The notes under the pieces: generated by a model | Seen by the model: the letters and a program-made list of their open reading frames with translations, nothing else | Database searches by the model: none | Told to the model about the DNA's origin: nothing | Made by a program: the position numbers and the translations under genes | Shown here: positions 58,166 to 64,000 of the stretch, in pieces | Numbering within the stretch: the first letter of the stretch is position 1 | How the letters are laid out: the number at the start of each line of letters is the position of its first letter | Source: Planctomycetota bacterium | Lineage (GTDB): Bacteria > Planctomycetota > PLA2 > JAEUHO01 | Assembly (NCBI GenBank): GCA_965222115.1 | Contig: CBDCTJ010000003.1 | Coordinates: forward strand, 32,001-96,000 | Length of the DNA: 64,000 nucleotides | Reading direction: 5' to 3'

Positions 58166-59248
58166 TTAGAGAGCCGCTAGCCGCTCCTCGACTTCTGCCT
58201 GCCGCATGGCCGCCAGCAACGCGTCCACGTCGCCGTCGAGATAGGCAGGCAGCGTGTGGAGCGTCAACTTGATGCGATGGTCGGTCACGCGGTTGTCTTT
58301 GTAATTGTAGGTACGAATCTTCTCGGAACGGTCGCCCGTCCCAATTTGGCTGGCCCGTGCCGAACTGCGCTCGGCGGCAGCCTTCGCGCGCTCCATTTCG
58401 AACAGCTTCGCCTTCAATAGGCGCATCGCCGTCGCGCGATTTTTGTGTTGTGAGGGATCGGCCTGGCATTTGACGACAATGCCGGAGGGAACGTGAGTCA
58501 GCCGTACCGCGGAAGACGTCTTGTTTACGTTTTGCCCGCCGGGACCACCCGCGCGCATCGCCTCCATTTCAATGTCGCGTTCGTTGAGATCGATCTCGAC
58601 CTCTTCGACTTCGGGAAGGACCGCGACCGACGCCGTCGAAGTATGTACGCGCCCTTGCGTTTCCGTTTTGGGCACCCGCTGCACGCGATGGACGCCGGAG
58701 TCAAAACGCATGCGTCCAAAGGCGCCCTTGCCTTTGAGCATGAACTTGATCTCTTTGTAGCCGCCTTGTTCGGAGCCATCCATCTCGATGACATCGATGG
58801 TAAGCTTTGTTCGATCGGCCGCCATGCGATACATTCGAAAAAGATCGCCCGCCCAAAGCGCGGCCTCATCGCCGCCTGCTCCTGCGCGGATTTCTACGAT
58901 TGCATTGCGCAAATCATCGGGATCTTCGGAAACGAGACTGCGTCGAATCTCTTCGGACAACGTCTTGACGGTCGCCTCGCCCTCCGATAGCTGCTCAGTC
59001 GCTAACTCACGAAATTCGGGTTCTGAAGCACCATCCGCAAGAATACTTTTCGCCTCTTCAACCTCGTGCAGGGCCTGGCAATACCGATCGTAAAGCTCAA
59101 CCGATTTGCGATGCGAAGCGACCTCGCGGTTGATGCGTGAGTACTCTACGTGATTGGCAGCAACCTCGGGCTCCATCAGCCGCGCCGACAATTCATCGAC
59201 GTGCTTCTTGGTTTCTTCGAGGCGACTGACGATATGATCAGCAAGCAT
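58166..59248 (-). CDS. prfA: Peptide chain release factor 1
   Basis: EIRAGAGGDEA, RF1-type PxT motif (VPKTE) and GGQ. Confidence 0.97.
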   Translation of the reverse strand: MLADHIVSRLEETKKHVDELSARLMEPEVAANHVEYSRINREVASHRKSVELYDRYCQALHEVEEAKSILADGASEPEFRELATEQLSEGEATVKTLSEEIRRSLVSEDPDDLRNAIVEIRAGAGGDEAALWAGDLFRMYRMAADRTKLTIDVIEMDGSEQGGYKEIKFMLKGKGAFGRMRFDSGVHRVQRVPKTETQGRVHTSTASVAVLPEVEEVEIDLNERDIEMEAMRAGGPGGQNVNKTSSAVRLTHVPSGIVVKCQADPSQHKNRATAMRLLKAKLFEMERAKAAAERSSARASQIGTGDRSEKIRTYNYKDNRVTDHRIKLTLHTLPAYLDGDVDALLAAMRQAEVEERLAAL

Positions 59249-59373
59249 GATGAAGGTCCGGGGTTTGCGTCACCGCGGACAAGGGTTCAACGAGAAACCG
59301 AGCGGGACGGAACAAGCGCGGGCGAACCGTGGGGCAGACAACACCCCGCGGCAACAAGGGCGACGTGGCGTCG

Positions 59374-59652
59374 CTAGCCTTCGCCTTCTTGCTTCTTCCG
59401 ACGACGGCCGTAACGGCTGCCGTATTTGCTGCGGAACTTGTCGATGCGTCCCGCGGTATCCACGAAACGTTGCTTGCCCGTATAGAACGGGTGCGACGCC
59501 GATGAGATATCGAGTTTGATCACGTAGTGCTCTACGCCATCGATCTCACGCGTCTCTTTGCTCCGCATGGTGGAGCGGGTAACAAATTCGGTCTGCGCAC
59601 CGGCGTCGACGAATACGACCGGATGGTATTCAGGATGAATCTTGTCTTGCAT
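59374..59652 (-). CDS. rpmE2: 50S ribosomal protein L31 type B
   Basis: [12 protein letters not shown]...[14 protein letters not shown], with no Cys residues. Confidence 0.95.
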   Translation of the reverse strand: MQDKIHPEYHPVVFVDAGAQTEFVTRSTMRSKETREIDGVEHYVIKLDISSASHPFYTGKQRFVDTAGRIDKFRSKYGSRYGRRRKKQEGEG

Positions 59653-59825
59653 GGCTAATGCTCCGAGGCTGGCTCGCGTACGACCCAGGTTCGCATAACT
59701 TCAGCGCGAGCGCGGGAATCCGCAGCACACAGGCCGCTGAGAGTAGCCGGGCCCACCGGGGATGCAACTTGCACAGGGCTTCTTGGTCCTAACGCCGTCG
59801 CGTCTTGGACATCGTGGCCCCGATC

Positions 59826-60365
59826 TCAAGGCATCGAGTCGGGAATCGGCGGATCCGCGGTCCCGGGCTGGCCATCACCGTCGATGGTCACGTGGGATCG
59901 CAAGATCTTCGGCTCTCCGCCGTACTTTCCCTGGCAGGTGAGTGTCAACTCGATCCATGGCGTGGACCGGAATTCGGGCCGCTCTAAGGCATGGCCAATC
60001 ACCATCGAACACAACGCAGGGAGGAGGCCCTTCTCGTCGAGTACTGCGCGAGAGGGCGCCAATGTGATTTCGAGACCACCACCCGTGTTGGATGCATCGT
60101 CGCTTGCCGTTTCGTCGCCTGGCGAATTCCCGTGTGTTGAGCCCTCGTTCACCGAGTTGCCATGCGGCTCCGAAGGTTTGCGCCGGGGGCGCACAATGAT
60201 CTTGCTCCCCTCCGCGATGTCGCCGCGCGCAGCGAAGCGCTTGGTGAGATCCCGACCGGTTTCGCCGTAGGGCGCTAAGTTGCCGACCATCACTTCTGTC
60301 ATATAGAGCAGCCCGGCTGCCACCAACAACAGCAAGGCGAGCATGACCATCGTGGACTTACTCAT
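59826..60365 (-). CDS. Hypothetical protein with N-terminal TM helix
   Basis: Hydrophobic N-terminus. Lies in a same-strand gene run. Confidence 0.6.
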   Translation of the reverse strand: MSKSTMVMLALLLLVAAGLLYMTEVMVGNLAPYGETGRDLTKRFAARGDIAEGSKIIVRPRRKPSEPHGNSVNEGSTHGNSPGDETASDDASNTGGGLEITLAPSRAVLDEKGLLPALCSMVIGHALERPEFRSTPWIELTLTCQGKYGGEPKILRSHVTIDGDGQPGTADPPIPDSMP

Positions 60366-60422
60366 GACGACGAGTTCACCCTTCGCCCAACACGCCGGTC
60401 ATACGAATTCAATCCTTGGCTG

Positions 60423-62132
60423 CTACTTCTCACGACCAATGTACTGGCCGTGATTTTCCGCAGCGAGGCGCTTGAGAAATCCAGAGGCGTGGTTCTTGCC
60501 CACACCGATGGTGTGGATGCTGAGTTGCCGCACTTTGTTCATCCGCTGCACTTCGGCAAGAATGAGCTTGGGATCGGTGAACTTTCCGAGCGTTGGCGCT
60601 CCGTCCGTCATAAGAAAGATCGTGTCCGCGCCCTTCGCCATGTTCTTCTTTTCTTTGTGGGCGCTGAAGATATTGAACGCCTTATGAATGCCCCCATAAA
60701 TGTCGGTCTGCTCTTGGGGCTTCACATGCTTTTCGATCCACTTAAATGCCCGCTCCTTATTCTTCTTGGTCGCCACGACCATTGCCTTGGGCTTGAACAC
60801 GTTCACGTCGGTACTAAAGGTAACAATGTTGAACGTGGCGGCTCCGCGCTCGTCTTCGTCTACGGCGGATAAACCCTTGAGCGCACGAAGAAGTTCTTTT
60901 CGCGCAACGCCAATACGTGAGGTGTCCTCCGGCTCCGTCGTGCCATCCTCGGCCTGAACGGGACGCATACTGCCTGACACGTCGACGACGAAGACAATGT
61001 GCTTGCTGTCGGTCTTAATGCCATAGAACGACGTCCCACCCTGGTGGGCGGTGGTCTTGAGTTCGTAGCGCTTGGGCTCGCCGCTGACGGGCTTTCCTCG
61101 GTGGTCAATCACGGACCACTTCTTGATCGTCTGTTCGCGATTGGCTTTCCACCATGAGCGCCATGCGTCCAAGGTGGCCAATACAGGCTCGTCTACGATG
61201 GATGCCATCGCGCCGAATACGCGACGCCGGAGTACACCTTCCTCCTTTTCTGCATGGGCCAGCAGCGCATCTACGACGTTTTCATCTTTGTAAAAGGACA
61301 ATCCATGAAGCGCCGCGCCCCGTACCGTCCACGACGCGTGTGCGAGCTGCGAGAGCAGGTACTTCTTTCCGCGTTCGGAATTCTGGCGGCCCATCGCCGA
61401 AAGTGTGGCTTGCAACTCATCGACGGCGCGGGTCGTGTCCGCTAGCCGGATCAACTGTTCGGTGGCCGCTTCGCACTCCATATAGCCGAGCAGCGTAACG
61501 AGGTGCACCACCTTCTTCCCGCTTGCGCCACGTACGGCGGCAATCGTCAATCGCTCGCCCTTTTCCTTATCCTCTCCGGAGAGGCTGTTGGCGAGTCGCG
61601 CGACCTCCCGCAAGACACGTTTGGAGAATTCGTCTTCCTCCAGAAAGTTTGTATAGATTCTGCCGACCTTGGCCTTTTCAATCGCACCCTTCGCCTTGAT
61701 CTCCTTGTTGCCAACCCACTCAATGAGGCTCTTGGGTGCAGTAATCTTTCCGTCCCAGGTACCGCCCTTCTTCTCGGCCTTGCGCTTCGCGCGCTCAGCA
61801 ATGGCGTCAAGCTGCTTGCGAATGCGTTTATCCTTTTCTTGCCACTCGGCCTCAGCCACCTCCCATGACTTGTACATCTTTTCCGTGTTCTTGAGTTGCC
61901 CCTTGTAGGCCTTCAAGAGCACATCAATTCCGCGGTAGTCCTCCGACTTGCTAATCTTGAGCACCGCCAGCGTGCGTTCGCGGATCGACTTGTCACCCTT
62001 GAAGTTTTTACGAAATGCCTTGGCGAGTTCGCTCCATGATGGCCCCTTGGCCTTGGCTGCCTGCGGGGCGGCGCCAATCACAAGCAGGAACAACATGGCA
62101 AAAGGAAGTGAAATGCGGAGGGCTTGACGCAT
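60423..62132 (-). CDS. Secreted HEAT-repeat plus von Willebrand A domain protein
   Basis: Signal peptide, HEAT-like repeats, W..WW linker, TSFYGI, MIDAS DVSGS and MTDGAP. Confidence 0.85.
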   Translation of the reverse strand: MRQALRISLPFAMLFLLVIGAAPQAAKAKGPSWSELAKAFRKNFKGDKSIRERTLAVLKISKSEDYRGIDVLLKAYKGQLKNTEKMYKSWEVAEAEWQEKDKRIRKQLDAIAERAKRKAEKKGGTWDGKITAPKSLIEWVGNKEIKAKGAIEKAKVGRIYTNFLEEDEFSKRVLREVARLANSLSGEDKEKGERLTIAAVRGASGKKVVHLVTLLGYMECEAATEQLIRLADTTRAVDELQATLSAMGRQNSERGKKYLLSQLAHASWTVRGAALHGLSFYKDENVVDALLAHAEKEEGVLRRRVFGAMASIVDEPVLATLDAWRSWWKANREQTIKKWSVIDHRGKPVSGEPKRYELKTTAHQGGTSFYGIKTDSKHIVFVVDVSGSMRPVQAEDGTTEPEDTSRIGVARKELLRALKGLSAVDEDERGAATFNIVTFSTDVNVFKPKAMVVATKKNKERAFKWIEKHVKPQEQTDIYGGIHKAFNIFSAHKEKKNMAKGADTIFLMTDGAPTLGKFTDPKLILAEVQRMNKVRQLSIHTIGVGKNHASGFLKRLAAENHGQYIGREK

Positions 62133-62494
62133 GGGCAGGCCTTTCGAATGTGAATCGGTCTCATCATCGTGGCCGGTGCCGGTGCAGCCCGCCTAGACCG
62201 TACATCACAGCATAGCCAATTCCGCCCCGCGTGGCGCCCTTCAAGCGGCGGAGGAGGCAGATGTCTGGGACCAAGGTTGCTCGCAGCGTCCAATTCGACG
62301 CCTCAACGCACTCGAAAGGTGAGGGTGTGTTAGGAGTTGGTATGTTGCTTACCTATGCGCCTCGGTACCGCGTTGCATGTGCCCATTCCACGGGAACAGG
62401 CGTCATCGGGGTGCCAACGCAACCATCCCAAGAACACTGATTTCGCTCAAACGACGAGACGTTCGCCGCCGTCCCACGAGCAACCGAAGGAGTC

Positions 62495-62905
62495 ATGATG
62501 AGTTACAAAATCGAAGAGATTGAAGGCATTGGGCCCGCGAATGCGGCCAAACTTGCCGAGGCCGACATTGCAACGGTTGAGCAGTTGCTTGCGTCGTGCG
62601 CCGACGCAAAGGGGCGCGAGGCCGTTGCAGAGAAGACGGGATTCAGCACATCGCAAGTTCTCAAGTGGGCCAATATGGCCGACCTCATGCGCATCAATGG
62701 CATCGCCGGCGAGTACGCCGAGTTGCTCAAGGCCTCGGGCGTGGACACCGTGAAGGAACTTCGCACTCGCCGTCCCGACAACTTGACCACCAAGATGACG
62801 GAAGTGAATGAGGAAAAGAAACTCACCCGCAAAGTGCCGGCCGAGTCCATGGTGATGAAGTGGATTGAAGAGGCCAAGAACACCGAGCCAAAGATCACTC
62901 ACTAG
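62495..62905 (+). CDS. DUF4332-like helix-hairpin-helix protein
   Basis: IEEIEGIGP, WANMADLMRINGI..EYAELL..SGVDTVKEL. SD AAGGAG. Confidence 0.88.
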   Translation: MMSYKIEEIEGIGPANAAKLAEADIATVEQLLASCADAKGREAVAEKTGFSTSQVLKWANMADLMRINGIAGEYAELLKASGVDTVKELRTRRPDNLTTKMTEVNEEKKLTRKVPAESMVMKWIEEAKNTEPKITH

Positions 62906-62952
62906 CGCCATCCAAACCGCGTTGCGCGACGCGTGACGCGTGACGCGACGAT

Positions 62953-62990
62953 CGCCCGCGTAGTGCGACTACGCGGGCGCTTCTTTTTTT
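62953..62990 (+). terminator. Intrinsic terminator
   Basis: CGCCCGCGTAGT-GCG-ACTACGCGGGCG followed by CTTCTTTTTTT. Confidence 0.85.
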
Positions 62991-63058
62991 GCCGGCGATG
63001 CAGTGCAAGCCGCCCCCAGGACGGGCCACGACGCTACCTCGCGGGATAGACTCGCAGC

Positions 63059-64000
63059 ATGCGCGCAAGGTACGGCATCCTCCCACCCGTCCGGTTCACA
63101 GAGCGACGTGGCGTTGGTTGGGGGGTCGCGTGCCTTGTCGCCGTTCTCGCACTCTCCGCCAACCGTGGCCATGCCGGCGAGGAGATGCAACCCGGTCCGT
63201 TCGCAAAAATCGTGATCATAGACTGCGAAGGCATGATCGACGGGCTACTGCGAAAGTATGTCGAACGAAAGCTCGACGACGCCGAGTCATCGGGCGCCGA
63301 TTGCATTGTTTTGCGCGTGAACTCATTTGGTGGTGGCGTGGGTGCGGCGCGTGAAATCACACAGCGTCTACAAGAGGTTCCGGACGACATACACACGATT
63401 GCGTGGGTCCACGACAAAGCCATTAGTGCCGCGGCGTGGATCAGTTTGGCGTGTAGGGAGATCATCGTCGGTCCCGCAGCGAGCTTTGGCGACTGCCAAC
63501 CCATTGTGGGTGGCGCAGGCACACCCACGCCCGTAGGCGAAAAGATCGAAAGTCCTTTGCGCGCTTGGTTTCGCGCACTGGCGGAGGAGAACGGTTATCC
63601 GGTACTCTTGAGCGAAGCCATGGTGAGCGCAAGCCTCAGCGTAATTCGTGTTCGCAACGAAGACACGGGCGAAGAGTTTCTTGTGCGCGGAGACACCTTC
63701 GATGAGGCCGACGACGGCGACGAAATCGTGGACGGTCACAGGCGCGAAGATTTGGTGAGAGTTGGCTCCCCCATCGTAACCGATAAGCAGTTGCTCACGC
63801 TTACCGCCAAGGAGATGATCGATTTTGGATTTATGAAGCGCGAGTATCCCGACGTGTTTCCCACGGATGACGATGCCATGCTCACGCCACTCAAAGGCGT
63901 GGACGCCGAGGTCGTTGACATCGGACTTTCGTTTTCGGAGCGCGCGCTGCGATGGCTGCTTGGATTCGCAGGCATCCTCTCGGCCATCGTATTGTTGTCG
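63059..64000 (+). CDS. NfeD-like membrane-bound ClpP-class serine protease (runs off the window)
   Basis: Manual translation: signal peptide, IDCEGMID, LRVNSFGG, AISAAAWISLAC, FGDCQPI, LSEAMV and LLTLTA. Not in the ORF track because it is truncated. Confidence 0.85.
   Translation, partial: MRARYGILPPVRFTERRGVGWGVACLVAVLALSANRGHAGEEMQPGPFAKIVIIDCEGMIDGLLRKYVERKLDDAESSGADCIVLRVNSFGGGVGAAREITQRLQEVPDDIHTIAWVHDKAISAAAWISLACREIIVGPAASFGDCQPIVGGAGTPTPVGEKIESPLRAWFRALAEENGYPVLLSEAMVSASLSVIRVRNEDTGEEFLVRGDTFDEADDGDEIVDGHRREDLVRVGSPIVTDKQLLTLTAKEMIDFGFMKREYPDVFPTDDDAMLTPLKGVDAEVVDIGLSFSERALRWLLGFAGILSAIVLLS

Overview
A GC-rich bacterial window, probably from a Planctomycetota member. This is inferred from a membrane-anchored giant ECF sigma factor, HEAT/VWA and PDZ secreted proteins, and PurL fused to PurS-like domains. 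It is mostly housekeeping: ileS (partial), thrS, aspS, proS, xth, miaB, ribD, ndk, hslVU, addAB-like, fabH-like, accA, purLQ, rpmE2-prfA-(membrane ORF)-prmC and a partial nfeD-like gene. One accessory hotspot at about 46.8-51.1 kb carries a hemopexin-repeat gene, several short repeat families and a complete group II intron. Main unexplained signals: (1) two tandem secreted paralogues whose sequence reads as one giant beta-hairpin, with Pro-periodic 8-mers going out, a Cys-rich turn and an equal number of Gly-periodic 9-mers returning; (2) the conserved N-terminus of prmC has no canonical start and begins with ATC in frame directly after the UAA of the upstream gene; (3) a 31-bp palindromic element in five copies at convergent gene junctions; (4) the intron sits in a short repeat with an empty second target nearby; (5) a lipoprotein carrying a SecD periplasmic-like domain without the membrane helices. 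All calls come from reading the sequence. No searches were run.
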